A stretch of DNA of 47,519 nucleotides from Minisyncoccia bacterium. Lineage in GTDB: Bacteria > Bacteroidota > Bacteroidia > Flavobacteriales > Flavobacteriaceae. Every line of letters starts with the position of its first letter. The stretch's first letter is position 1. Both the position numbers and the translations under genes were made by a program. The DNA lies in assembly GCA_047616265.1 (NCBI GenBank), contig JBLHII010000001.1, positions 1-47,519 on the forward strand, given 5' to 3'. Below, piece by piece: positions 9,323 through 19,102 of the stretch. The notes under the pieces are model-generated. The model ran no database searches. It was not told where the DNA came from and saw only the letters and a list, made by a program, of their open reading frames with translations.

Positions 9323-10336
9323 ATGGTTTTAGTTACTGGCGGTACTGGTTTAGTTGGAAGTCACCTGTTGTATTTTTTAGCAACATCTGGCGAAAAAATA
9401 CGCGCTATCTTTAGGGAATCAAGCAACCTTCTTCAGGTAGAGACCGTATTTAGATATTACACTGATGTTGAAAAAGCAAAAACACTTTATAATTCGATAG
9501 AATGGGTGTTGGCAGACGTTACAAATGTACCTGCACTCACTAAAGCTTTTGAAAATTGTACGCAAGTATATCATTGCGCTGCCATGATACACTTTGATCC
9601 AAAAAAATATGATGCCCTAAAAAAAGTTAATGTTGAAGGAACCGCAAACATAGTAAACTTAGCCCTACTGCATGGTGTTCAAAAATTATGCTATGTAAGT
9701 TCAATTGCAACGTTAGGTAATACCCTAGATGGAAGTCATATCACAGAAGAAACCTCTTTTAATCAAGACGATGACACCAATGTATATAGTCTTACCAAAT
9801 ATGCTTCAGAAATGGAAGTCTGGCGAGGCACACTAGAAGGCTTAGATGCAATTATTGTTAACCCAGGTGTTATTTTGGGTGCTGGATTTTGGCATACAGG
9901 TAGCGGCGCTATTTTAACCCTAGCCAGTAAAGGGTTGCCTTACTACACTGGTGGGAGCATTGCCGTGGTTGATGTCCAAGATGTAGTAAACAGTATGCTG
10001 CTTTTAATGAAAAGTACCGCTAAAAATGAGCGATATATTCTTGTTAGCGCCAATGTGACTTATCAAAATTTTACAGAGCATTTGGCTTTAGCCTTTGGCA
10101 ACAAACCTCCTACTAAGGAAATAGAACAATGGAAATTGCTCCTGGCAAGCACCTTTGACTCTATATCGAGTCGTCTATTTGGTCTTAAGAGAAGGCTGTT
10201 AAAAACAAATGTAAAATCGCTGTATTCAAAAAAAAATTACAGCGCTCATAAAATTGAAGCCCGTTTAAAGTATCGTTTTACTCCAGTTTCTGAAACGGTA
10301 ATACGCGTAGTTAAACGCTACAAAATGGAACAATAA
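9323..10336 (+). CDS. NAD-dependent epimerase/dehydratase (extended SDR)
   Basis: TGGTGLVG, HCAA, SSIA and the YxxxK motif YSLTK. Confidence 0.9.
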   Translation: MVLVTGGTGLVGSHLLYFLATSGEKIRAIFRESSNLLQVETVFRYYTDVEKAKTLYNSIEWVLADVTNVPALTKAFENCTQVYHCAAMIHFDPKKYDALKKVNVEGTANIVNLALLHGVQKLCYVSSIATLGNTLDGSHITEETSFNQDDDTNVYSLTKYASEMEVWRGTLEGLDAIIVNPGVILGAGFWHTGSGAILTLASKGLPYYTGGSIAVVDVQDVVNSMLLLMKSTAKNERYILVSANVTYQNFTEHLALAFGNKPPTKEIEQWKLLLASTFDSISSRLFGLKRRLLKTNVKSLYSKKNYSAHKIEARLKYRFTPVSETVIRVVKRYKMEQ

Positions 10337-10340
10337 AAGC

Positions 10341-10892
10341 TTATTCTACTTTAACTTTGTTCTTTAAATTCGCCATTTTGAGTAACAAGGACAGGCTATC
10401 TCTTTTAATTCTTGGAAGCACCTTTTGCATGCTGTCCAACAATGTTTCCCGAACACTATCTTGGATACGTATCAGCTCTTGAGCCCTCTGGTATTGGGCA
10501 TACATAGTGTCTTTTTTAGTTTTTTCAACTTGTAGTTTTTCTTCAACCCGCAAGAATAACTTCTTATATAGCTCTAAATCTGAAGAATAAAATGCATTAC
10601 TTTGGGCAAATTGCAAACTATCGATGCGATACGTAGCATAAACAATTGAGTCAAGTAAAATACCCTTACTTACTATGGTTCTATTATCAATACTTCGTGC
10701 TGCGTTCATCAAGTAGGTTTCAACTAAAATAGAAACCATAGTGTCTTGAGTTATCAAATTTGAAGGTGCTATTGGACGTTTTACATCTTGGCATGCTATT
10801 AAAAAAGAGGTGAGAACACATGCAGCTAAAAAATGCTGTCTTTTTTTAAAAGCAACTAAGAACCCAGCATGTAATGTGTCTTTTAGCATCAT
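10341..10892 (-). CDS. DUF4296-like lipoprotein
   Basis: Lipobox LIAC; P.NLI..DTMV.IL and DSLQFAQSNAFY patterns; overlaps the pyrC stop. Confidence 0.75.
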   Translation of the reverse strand: MMLKDTLHAGFLVAFKKRQHFLAACVLTSFLIACQDVKRPIAPSNLITQDTMVSILVETYLMNAARSIDNRTIVSKGILLDSIVYATYRIDSLQFAQSNAFYSSDLELYKKLFLRVEEKLQVEKTKKDTMYAQYQRAQELIRIQDSVRETLLDSMQKVLPRIKRDSLSLLLKMANLKNKVKVE

Positions 10893-12229
10893 CTATTAAA
10901 CGTTAAGCGTTCTGCGTTTGTACTCTCAGAAAACCTTCCGTTTTCATACGCTAGATGTCCGTTTACAAATGTATGTGTTACCCTAGCGGTGAACGCAGTA
11001 CCCTCAAAAGGAGACCAGCCACATTTGTAAACAATATTATCTTTGGTTACGGTCCAGGGCGCATTTGGATTTATCAATACTAAATCTGCTTTGTACCCTT
11101 TTCTAATAAACCCTCGGTCTTTTATTTCAAATAAAATCGCAGGATTGTGAGCAATCTTTTCAACCAATTTCTCTACTGTAATATATCCTTTACGGTGCAT
11201 TTCAAACAAAGCCTCTAGGGCATGTTGCACTAGAGGCCCCCCGGAAGGAGCTTTGGTATACACATTATTTTTTTCTTCTAAAGTGTGTGGAGCATGGTCT
11301 GTGGCAATAACATCTATACGGCCTTCATTTAGGGCTTTCCAGAGTCCTTCTTTATCTTTTTTGGTTTTTACAGCCGGATTCCATTTAATTTTAGTGCCTT
11401 TTGAGGCATAGTCTTCATCGGTAAACCAGAGATGATGAATACAAACTTCAGCTGTTATTTTTTTGTCTTTTAGCGGCTTTTTTTTATCAAAAAGCTTGGT
11501 TTCTTTTGCTGTTGAAACATGAAAAACATGCAACCTTGCACCCGTCTTTTTGGCCAATGCAATGGCTTGAGAAGAGGAGATATAACAAGCCTCTTCGCTA
11601 CGTATATCTGGATGTTTTTCTATGGGTATATCTTCACCATACTTGGCAATAGCTTCTTCTAGGTTTTTCTTAATCGTTGCCTCATCTTCACAGTGTGTAG
11701 AGATTAACAAATCTGTCTTGCTAAATATCTCTTCTAGCACTTTTGGATTATCTACCAACATATTCCCTGTAGAACTCCCCAAAAACAACTTCAACCCAGC
11801 AACCTTTGTTTTATCTACTTTTAATATTTCAGCTAGATTATCATTCGTACCCCCAAACATAAAAGAATAATTAGCATGAGCATCTTTGGCTGCAATAGCA
11901 AATTTTTCTTCTAGTAAGGCGATCGTTGTTGCTTGAGGAACCGTATTAGGCATCTCAATAAAAGAGGTTATACCACCTGCGACAGCTGCCCGAGATTCTG
12001 TCTTAATAGTTCCTTTGTGTGTGAGTCCTGGCTCTCTAAAATGAACTTGATCGTCTATCATTCCAGGAATTAAATAAAACCCATCTGCGTCTATCACCTT
12101 AGTGTCTGCACTCTTTACGCTAATAGTATCTGCAATTTCGGCAATACGGTCTCCTTCAATCAGAACATCACCGGTGGTAATCGTTCCTTCATTTACTATT
12201 TGGGCATTTTTTATTAAAACTTGAGTCAT
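10889..12229 (-). CDS. pyrC: Dihydroorotase
   Basis: IDDQVHFREPG, EMPNT, KWNPAV and ATDHAPH amidohydrolase motifs. Confidence 0.95.
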   Translation of the reverse strand: MTQVLIKNAQIVNEGTITTGDVLIEGDRIAEIADTISVKSADTKVIDADGFYLIPGMIDDQVHFREPGLTHKGTIKTESRAAVAGGITSFIEMPNTVPQATTIALLEEKFAIAAKDAHANYSFMFGGTNDNLAEILKVDKTKVAGLKLFLGSSTGNMLVDNPKVLEEIFSKTDLLISTHCEDEATIKKNLEEAIAKYGEDIPIEKHPDIRSEEACYISSSQAIALAKKTGARLHVFHVSTAKETKLFDKKKPLKDKKITAEVCIHHLWFTDEDYASKGTKIKWNPAVKTKKDKEGLWKALNEGRIDVIATDHAPHTLEEKNNVYTKAPSGGPLVQHALEALFEMHRKGYITVEKLVEKIAHNPAILFEIKDRGFIRKGYKADLVLINPNAPWTVTKDNIVYKCGWSPFEGTAFTARVTHTFVNGHLAYENGRFSESTNAERLTFNR

Positions 12230-12960
12230 TATATTTCTAGTCGGTTAAATATACTTTTCAATTTCATGGCAAGGACCCCAAAAATAGCTTCAGAAATAAT
12301 TCCTTTATTCATTTTTGACACTCCCTTTGTTCTGTCTGTAAAGATAACAGGTATTTCTTTTATTTTAAATTTACTGAGATAGGTCTTAAACTTCATTTCT
12401 ATTTGAAATGCATAACCAACAAACTTAATGGCATCTAGATTAATGGCCTCCAACACATGGCGTCTATAACAAATAAAGCCTGCCGTAGTATCATCAATAT
12501 TCATTCCCGTTACCCATCGTACATATCTTGACGCTCCCCAAGATAAAAGAACTCTATTCATGGGCCAGTTTACAACATTTACACCTGTTACATAGCGAGA
12601 GCCAATGGCCATATCACAATCTTCATGTTCACAGGCATTATACAAACGAAGCAAGTCCTTAGGGTTGTGTGAAAAATCTGCATCCATTTCAAAAATATAA
12701 GAGTATGATCTGGTTAACGCCCATTTAAATCCAGCAATATAGGCTGTGCCTAAACCTAATTTAGCATCTCGTTTTAATAGATAGATTCTATCTGGAAACG
12801 CAACGGCTAATTTTTGAACCAGTACTGAAGTGCCGTCTGGCGAGTTGTCATCAACAACTAGCATATCAAAATCTCGTTGCAGCAACATAATAGTGCGCAG
12901 CAATCGTTCAATATTCTCCTTCTCATTGTACGTTGGTATTACAACCAAGGCATTTGACAT
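12229..12960 (-). CDS. Polyprenol monophosphomannose synthase (GT2)
   Basis: IPTYNE, VDDNSPDGT, GLGTAY, EMDADFSH and GSRY. Start taken at ATG 12960 (MSNALV). Confidence 0.9.
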   Translation of the reverse strand: MSNALVVIPTYNEKENIERLLRTIMLLQRDFDMLVVDDNSPDGTSVLVQKLAVAFPDRIYLLKRDAKLGLGTAYIAGFKWALTRSYSYIFEMDADFSHNPKDLLRLYNACEHEDCDMAIGSRYVTGVNVVNWPMNRVLLSWGASRYVRWVTGMNIDDTTAGFICYRRHVLEAINLDAIKFVGYAFQIEMKFKTYLSKFKIKEIPVIFTDRTKGVSKMNKGIISEAIFGVLAMKLKSIFNRLEI

Positions 12961-13076
12961 ACTTCTCGTTTTATAGTACAAAGGTACTTTTTTAAACCAC
13001 ATGTTGTATATAAAAAAATGTATTTACTCCCCATTACATCATCCACAATATGCTATCTTTAACCTAAAAAATTACT

Positions 13077-13730
13077 GTGCAGCATCTAGAAAGACTTTAC
13101 CCTTCACAAGACTGGATAACAATACTTCTAGTAGCCTGTATTGTTATTTTCACTATTGTAAAAATAGGATACCCTCTTAGGTTTCAAGAGTTTTTAAAGT
13201 TGCCGGTAACCAACAAGTACTTTTTTGTTTTCGGAAAAAACGACCCATTATATCACCTATTTAATATTTTATTATTTATTCCACAAGCTATTTGTGTTTC
13301 GCTCCTGTTGTACAAAGCTATAGTATGGAAATATCCAATGGCACTAAATAAAGAGCCTTTTTTATTCATTAAACTAATGGCAAGTTTTGTTGTTTTTGTT
13401 ATTTTAAAAATAGCCCTTGAAAAAGTAATTGGAATAACCTTTAATATGCAACACATTGTAGGTCAATATGTATATCAAAAACTGAGTTATAGAAACCTTA
13501 TGAGTGTTTTATTTTTAATCACACTGTTTATTTTGGTGTACATCACGCCTATAAATAAAGAAATCATCATAGTATTTTGTCTCCTAATTGGTTGTCTCAA
13601 TGCAGTTGCACTATTTTATAGCTACAAAACGAACGGAAAATTAATATTAAGCAACTTCTTTTATTTTATTTTGTATCTTTGCGCTCTTGAAATTTCGCCC
13701 TACATCATACTATATAAGGTATTTACGTAG
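13077..13730 (+). CDS. DUF4271-like membrane protein
   Basis: Multi-TM protein ending in YFILYLCALEISP; lies upstream of hemD as is typical in Bacteroidota. Confidence 0.8.
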   Translation: MQHLERLYPSQDWITILLVACIVIFTIVKIGYPLRFQEFLKLPVTNKYFFVFGKNDPLYHLFNILLFIPQAICVSLLLYKAIVWKYPMALNKEPFLFIKLMASFVVFVILKIALEKVIGITFNMQHIVGQYVYQKLSYRNLMSVLFLITLFILVYITPINKEIIIVFCLLIGCLNAVALFYSYKTNGKLILSNFFYFILYLCALEISPYIILYKVFT

Positions 13731-13758
13731 CTGGCTGAAGTTAAATAAAGTGATGCTT

Positions 13759-14505
13759 ATGAAAGTAAAAACTATTTTAGTATCCCAACCCGAACCAAAG
13801 GTAGAAAACTCTCCATATTTCGACCTTATTGATAGACAAAAGGTGAAAATAGATTTCATTCCTTTTATCCACGTTGAAGGAGTATCTGGAAAGGAAGTTC
13901 GCTCTCAGAAAGTAGACCTAAACAACTACACAGCAATTATTTTAACAAGCCGAAACGCAGTAGATCATTTCTTCAGAATTGCAGAAGAGTTACGCTTTAA
14001 AGTGCCAGATTCAATGAAGTACTTTTGTCAAAGCGAAGCCGTTGCATATTATTTACAAAAATATGTGGTGTACCGAAAGCGTAAAATATATGTAGGGAAA
14101 AGAACTTTTACAGAGCTTTCTCCCCTCATTAAAAAATATAAAACAGAAACGTTCTTACTTCCCGCTAGTGACAAACTAAAACCAGAGGTTCCAAGCGTAC
14201 TTAACGAATTAAAAGTAGAATGGACAGAATCTGTTTTCTATAAGACCGTAGTTAGTGATTTAAGTAACCTAAGAAATGTGTATTATGACATCTTAGTTTT
14301 CTTTAGTCCAAGCGGTATTGAATCGCTGTTTGAAAACTTTCCAGACTTCCAACAAAATGACACCCGTATTGCTGTCTTTGGAAACACAACAGTAAAAGCT
14401 TCTTTAGAAAAAGGGCTGCGTGTAGACATTCAAGCGCCCACACCTGAAACCCCATCTATGACTATGGCCTTAGAAAAGTACATTAAAGAACAGAATAAAA
14501 AATAG
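13759..14505 (+). CDS. hemD: Uroporphyrinogen-III synthase
   Basis: MKVKTILVSQP, ILTSRNAVDHFF, FFSPSGI, FGNTT. Start at ATG 13759; TATCTTTG element at 13674-13681 inside the upstream gene. Confidence 0.88.
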   Translation: MKVKTILVSQPEPKVENSPYFDLIDRQKVKIDFIPFIHVEGVSGKEVRSQKVDLNNYTAIILTSRNAVDHFFRIAEELRFKVPDSMKYFCQSEAVAYYLQKYVVYRKRKIYVGKRTFTELSPLIKKYKTETFLLPASDKLKPEVPSVLNELKVEWTESVFYKTVVSDLSNLRNVYYDILVFFSPSGIESLFENFPDFQQNDTRIAVFGNTTVKASLEKGLRVDIQAPTPETPSMTMALEKYIKEQNKK

Positions 14506-14534
14506 ATTGCTATTTTATTCAAAAACACCTAAAG

Positions 14535-14570
14535 AAAAAATCCGATATATTAATTATATCGGATTTTTTT
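14535..14570. terminator. Bidirectional intrinsic terminator between hemD and pckA
   Basis: AAAAAATCCGATATA / TATATCGGATTTTTT inverted repeat between convergent genes. Confidence 0.85.
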
Positions 14571-14589
14571 ATGTTTTAAAAATGCTCTA

Positions 14590-16200
14590 CTACCCTCTTG
14601 GTGGAGCTCCAGCTAATATTTCTTCGCTGGCATACTCCTCAAATTGTTTGAAATTTGCTTTAAAAGAAGCGGCTAGTTTGTGTGCAGTTTTATAATAGCC
14701 TTCATCGTTATTCCAAGTTCCGCGTGGGCTCAAAACTTCTTTTGGCACATTAGGGCAAACTCTAGGTTGGTTTAAACCAAACACAGAGTGTACATGATAC
14801 TTGTCTTTATTGGCAGCATCTAATGAGCCATCCATAGCTGCTGTTATCATGGCACGAGTATACTTTAGTTTCATTCTACTTCCAACTCCATAAGGACCAC
14901 CAGTCCATCCTGTGTTCACTAACCAAACATTTACACCAGCCTCTGTCATTTTTTTACTTAGCAGGTCAGCATATTTGGTTGGGTGTAAAGGCATAAATGG
15001 CGCACCAAAACAAGCTGAAAAACTTGGCACTGGTTCTGTAACACCAGCCTCGGTTCCAGCAACCTTAGCGGTATAACCACTAATAAAATGATATGCTGCT
15101 TGTCCAGGCGTTAGCTTGGATATAGGAGGCAATACCCCAAAAGCATCTGCTGTTAAGAAAAATATATTCTTAGGATTCTTCCCTAAGGATGGCTCCTGAA
15201 TATTGTCAATATGATGAATTGGATAACTTACACGGGTATTTTGAGTAACCGAAACATTCTCGTAATCTACCACGCCTTGGGCATCCATAACGACATTTTC
15301 TAGAATGGCTCCAGACTTAATAGCCTTATAAATATCAGGTTCATTTTCTGCAGACAGATTAATCACCTTAGCATAGCATCCTCCTTCAAAATTAAAAATT
15401 GTATTCTCTGAAGTCCAGCCATGCTCATCGTCACCAATTAATTTCCGGTTTGGATCTGCAGACAAGGTCGTTTTACCTGTTCCTGATAAGCCAAAGAAAA
15501 TAGCAGTTTCACCATCTTCTCCTATATTTGCAGAACAGTGCATCGGCAAGGTGTTTTTGTATACTGGTAAAATAAAATTTAAGGCGGAAAAAATTCCTTT
15601 TTTAATTTCTCCAGTGTAGCCAGTCCCTCCTATTAAGGCAATTTTCTTTTCAAAATTTAAAATCGCAAAATTGTGTTGGCGTGTTCCGTCAACAAGAGCG
15701 TCTGCCATAAATCCTGGTGCATTTACAACCAACCATTCTGGGTCAAACCCATCTAACTCAGAGGCTGTTGGACGCAAAAACATATTGTAAGCAAACATGT
15801 TAGACCATGGATACTCATTGATCACACGTATGTTTAGTTTATAATCAGAAGCAGCACAAGCATAACTGTCACGAACATACACTTCTTTGCTCGAAAGGTA
15901 GGCTGTTACTTTGTTATACAATGCATCAAATTTATCTGCATCAAAAGGAATGTTAATAGCTCCCCACCATACTTTATCTTCGGTGACTTCATCTCTCACA
16001 ATAAAACGATCCATTGGAGAACGCCCAGTAAACTCACCTGTATCTACTGCAAGTGCTCCGTTATCGGCTTGTTTTCCTTGTCCTTTTTCTATTGTTTGTT
16101 TGTGAAGTTCTTCCGCAGAAAGTTGGTAGTTAACTTTTGCGTTTTTGATTCCGTATTGATCTATCGAAACCACATGTGTAGTTTGGTTATTAGCCGCCAT
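14590..16200 (-). CDS. pckA: Phosphoenolpyruvate carboxykinase (ATP)
   Basis: TGRSP, YTGEIKK, MHCSAN, GLSGTGKT, IGDDEHGW, EGGCYAK. Start at ATG 16200; TATTTTTG element at 16224-16231. Confidence 0.97.
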   Translation of the reverse strand: MAANNQTTHVVSIDQYGIKNAKVNYQLSAEELHKQTIEKGQGKQADNGALAVDTGEFTGRSPMDRFIVRDEVTEDKVWWGAINIPFDADKFDALYNKVTAYLSSKEVYVRDSYACAASDYKLNIRVINEYPWSNMFAYNMFLRPTASELDGFDPEWLVVNAPGFMADALVDGTRQHNFAILNFEKKIALIGGTGYTGEIKKGIFSALNFILPVYKNTLPMHCSANIGEDGETAIFFGLSGTGKTTLSADPNRKLIGDDEHGWTSENTIFNFEGGCYAKVINLSAENEPDIYKAIKSGAILENVVMDAQGVVDYENVSVTQNTRVSYPIHHIDNIQEPSLGKNPKNIFFLTADAFGVLPPISKLTPGQAAYHFISGYTAKVAGTEAGVTEPVPSFSACFGAPFMPLHPTKYADLLSKKMTEAGVNVWLVNTGWTGGPYGVGSRMKLKYTRAMITAAMDGSLDAANKDKYHVHSVFGLNQPRVCPNVPKEVLSPRGTWNNDEGYYKTAHKLAASFKANFKQFEEYASEEILAGAPPRG

Positions 16201-16348
16201 ACTTTTATTTAATTGTTGTTTCACAAAAATAACAAAACATAGCTAAAAAATAATGCTATATTCTCTTATTTATCCCATTTTACTGTTAATAAGTTCTAAT
16301 TCGTTCCGTATTTTAAAAGGAATATAAAACGCTGCAATTAAAATATAT

Positions 16349-16741
16349 TTATTTCTTTTTAAGAACGCCATATATCAAACGAGCCCAGCCTAATATGAGT
16401 AAGAGTCCACCGATAGGAGTCACAGGGCCTAGAAAAGAAACAGAAAATGGCATGATACTTTTAAGTGCTAAAAAATACAAGGATCCAGAAAAAAACAGGA
16501 TTCCAAAAACAAAGAATCTAAAAACAACACGTATTGTTTTTGAGGGCACAACAGCATTCAACCCCAAAGCTAGTAATGCCAAAGCATGATACATTTGATA
16601 GGTAACACCTGTTTCAAATATCGCAAGAGATTCAACCGAAATGAGTTGTTTAAGGCCGTGGGCGCCAAAAGCACCTAGTGTAATAGCAACTGCCGCCAAA
16701 ACACTAGCAGAAATGACTATCTTTTTATGGTATTTTATCAT
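16349..16741 (-). CDS. DUF423 (YgdD/TMEM256) membrane protein
   Basis: GAFGAHGL, YQMYHA, FSGSLY and TPIGG motifs. Confidence 0.92.
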   Translation of the reverse strand: MIKYHKKIVISASVLAAVAITLGAFGAHGLKQLISVESLAIFETGVTYQMYHALALLALGLNAVVPSKTIRVVFRFFVFGILFFSGSLYFLALKSIMPFSVSFLGPVTPIGGLLLILGWARLIYGVLKKK

Positions 16742-16811
16742 AGTGTGTGGTACAAATTTGTACTTTCGTAAATGTCTTTATGTTAATATAAAGATACCCA
16801 AAACAAAACAG

Positions 16812-18182
16812 ATGAGAAACATATTAATTATTGGTGCCGGACGTTCCGCGATAAGTTTGATTAAATACCTTTTAGACAAAAGCACCGAAGAGAAATTATT
16901 CTTAACCATAGGAGATATCAACATACAAAATGCACAAAAACTTACTAGCGGCCACCCAAATGGGCGTGGTATTTTGCTTGATGTTTTTAACGAAGAGCAA
17001 CGTAAAGAAGCCGTTAAAAATAGTGATGTTGTTATTTCTATGCTTCCTGCTCGCTTTCATATAGAAGTTGCCCGAGATTGCATAACATACGGAAAACACC
17101 TGATAACAGCATCTTATATTAGTGATGAGATGCAACTCCTAGACCCTATGGTAAAAGAAAAAGGGCTGGTATTCATGAATGAAATAGGACTGGACCCGGG
17201 CATTGATCATATGAGTGCAATGCAAGTTATTGACCGTATTAAAGATAAAGGAGGTAAGATGCTCTTGTTTGAAAGTTTCACGGGGGGCTTGGTGGCTCCA
17301 GAAAGCGACAACAATCTCTGGAATTATAAGTTTACATGGAATCCTCGCAATGTTGTACTGGCAGGGCAAGGTGGTGCCGCAGAATTTATTCAAGAAGGAA
17401 AATTTAAATACATACCCTACAATAGACTTTTTAGAAGAACTGAATTTATTGAAGTTGAAGGGTACGGGAAGTTTGAAGTCTACGCCAACCGTAATAGTTT
17501 AAAATATCAAACCGTATATGGCCTAGAAAATATCCTTACCCTATATAGAGGAACCGTTCGCCGTGTTGGATTCAGTAAGGCCTGGAATATGTTTGTACAT
17601 CTTGGTATGACAGACGACACCTACACACTTCCAAATTCTGAAACCTTAAGCTATCTTGAATTTGTGAATCGCTTTTTGCCTTATTCGCCCACAGATACTG
17701 TTGCATTAAAACTGAGACATAGCCTTAAAATTGACCAAGATGATTTAATGTGGAATAAAATTGAAGATCTTGATATCTTAAACCCCACAAAAACCATTGG
17801 TATTAAGAATGCTACACCGGCACAAGCATTACAAAAAATACTTATGGATAGCTGGACCTTGGCTCCAGATGACAAAGACATGATTGTTATGTATCATAAA
17901 TTTGGATACGAACTAGATGGTAAAAAACACCAAATAGACAGTAAAATGGTAGCTATCGGTGACGATCAAGACTATACTGCTATGGCAAAAACAGTCGGGC
18001 TCCCCGTCGCTATTGCTGCGCTTGGAATATTAAACAAAGAAATCACCACCCCCGGAGTTCAGCTACCTCTAAAAAAAGAAGTGTATGAACCTATCCTAAA
18101 AGAATTACAAGAGTTTGGGATTCACTTTACAGAAACAGAGGTGCCTTATTTAGGATATAACCCTATGAATGTAGTTGGGTAA
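16812..18182 (+). CDS. Saccharopine dehydrogenase family protein
   Basis: IIGAGRS, TASY, NEIGLDPGIDHM, YKFTWNP, TAMAKTVGLP. Start at ATG 16812 (MRNILII). Confidence 0.92.
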   Translation: MRNILIIGAGRSAISLIKYLLDKSTEEKLFLTIGDINIQNAQKLTSGHPNGRGILLDVFNEEQRKEAVKNSDVVISMLPARFHIEVARDCITYGKHLITASYISDEMQLLDPMVKEKGLVFMNEIGLDPGIDHMSAMQVIDRIKDKGGKMLLFESFTGGLVAPESDNNLWNYKFTWNPRNVVLAGQGGAAEFIQEGKFKYIPYNRLFRRTEFIEVEGYGKFEVYANRNSLKYQTVYGLENILTLYRGTVRRVGFSKAWNMFVHLGMTDDTYTLPNSETLSYLEFVNRFLPYSPTDTVALKLRHSLKIDQDDLMWNKIEDLDILNPTKTIGIKNATPAQALQKILMDSWTLAPDDKDMIVMYHKFGYELDGKKHQIDSKMVAIGDDQDYTAMAKTVGLPVAIAALGILNKEITTPGVQLPLKKEVYEPILKELQEFGIHFTETEVPYLGYNPMNVVG

Positions 18183-18201
18183 AACCACCTCACCAAATTA
18201 T

Positions 18202-18239
18202 AAAAAGCCGGTCTAAAATTAATTTTAGACCGGCTTTTT
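18202..18239. terminator. Bidirectional terminator, perfect 38-bp palindrome
   Basis: AAAAAGCCGGTCTAAAATT|AATTTTAGACCGGCTTTTT between convergent genes. Confidence 0.88.
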
Positions 18240-18256
18240 TACAAAATAGCATGTTT

Positions 18257-18946
18257 CTATCTTCTGTTCATGAACATTATTATAAAATACAGCAGTGTAG
18301 CCAAAGACCCTAAAGCTGCAACCAAATAGGTTCTTGCTGCCCATTTTAAGGCATCTTTTGATCCCGCTAATTCTTCTTGAGTTACTATACTTTCTTTTTC
18401 TAGCCAAGCTAAAGCACGATTGCTTGCGTCATATTCTACCGGCAAAGTAATTATAGAAAAAGCTGTTGTTATTGAAAATAAAATGATTCCTAATAAAAAA
18501 ATATTGGTGCCAAAGACAGATCCTGTTCCAGAAAGCACCAGCCCAATCATGATTACAATATTTGACAGCTTACTGGCAATCCCTACAGCGGGTACAATTT
18601 TACTTCGCATTGTCAACCAACTATAGGCTGTTGCGTGTTGTACAGCATGACCAACTTCATGAGCTGCAACAGCAGCAGCTGAGGCATTTCGCTCATTGTA
18701 GACCAGCTCACTTAAGTTTACCGTTTTATTTTGTGGGTTATAATGATCTGTTAACTGTCCCCCTACACTAATAACATCAACATCTGTTATGCCATTATCT
18801 GCAAGCATTTTTTCGGCAATTTCTCTACCGCTCATTCCATTTTCCAGTGTTACTTTAGCATAGAATTTGAACTTACTTTTTAATTTTTTGCTGACATAAG
18901 AACTCAATAAAAAGATAATTCCGGCAACAATATAGTATCCAATCAT
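18257..18946 (-). CDS. Neutral zinc metallopeptidase (YugP-like)
   Basis: LTDHYNP, AAHEVGHAVQH (HExxH), LPVEYDAS.RA, AARTY. Confidence 0.92.
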   Translation of the reverse strand: MIGYYIVAGIIFLLSSYVSKKLKSKFKFYAKVTLENGMSGREIAEKMLADNGITDVDVISVGGQLTDHYNPQNKTVNLSELVYNERNASAAAVAAHEVGHAVQHATAYSWLTMRSKIVPAVGIASKLSNIVIMIGLVLSGTGSVFGTNIFLLGIILFSITTAFSIITLPVEYDASNRALAWLEKESIVTQEELAGSKDALKWAARTYLVAALGSLATLLYFIIMFMNRR

Positions 18947-19102
18947 AATGGTTTCTAGTTTAATTTAAGTGTACCAAAAACGCGCTATACTTTATAGGCC
19001 TGTTGTACACGGGTTATAGAAAAAAGTAGGCATTTCTGAAATTTCAACCTACGTGATGTTCTGCCTTCTTTAATAAAAAATAGCTACGATAGAATCCTAC
19101 AG

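Noticed and set aside
14507-14695. 62-aa ORF after hemD
   Set aside because: Runs through the bidirectional terminator and is antisense to pckA.
16641-16811. N-terminal extension of the saccharopine dehydrogenase ORF
   Set aside because: Overlaps DUF423 on the opposite strand; the Rossmann fold begins at ATG 16812.
18225-18407. 60-aa basic minus-strand ORF
   Set aside because: Alternative frame inside the zinc peptidase gene, running into the terminator.
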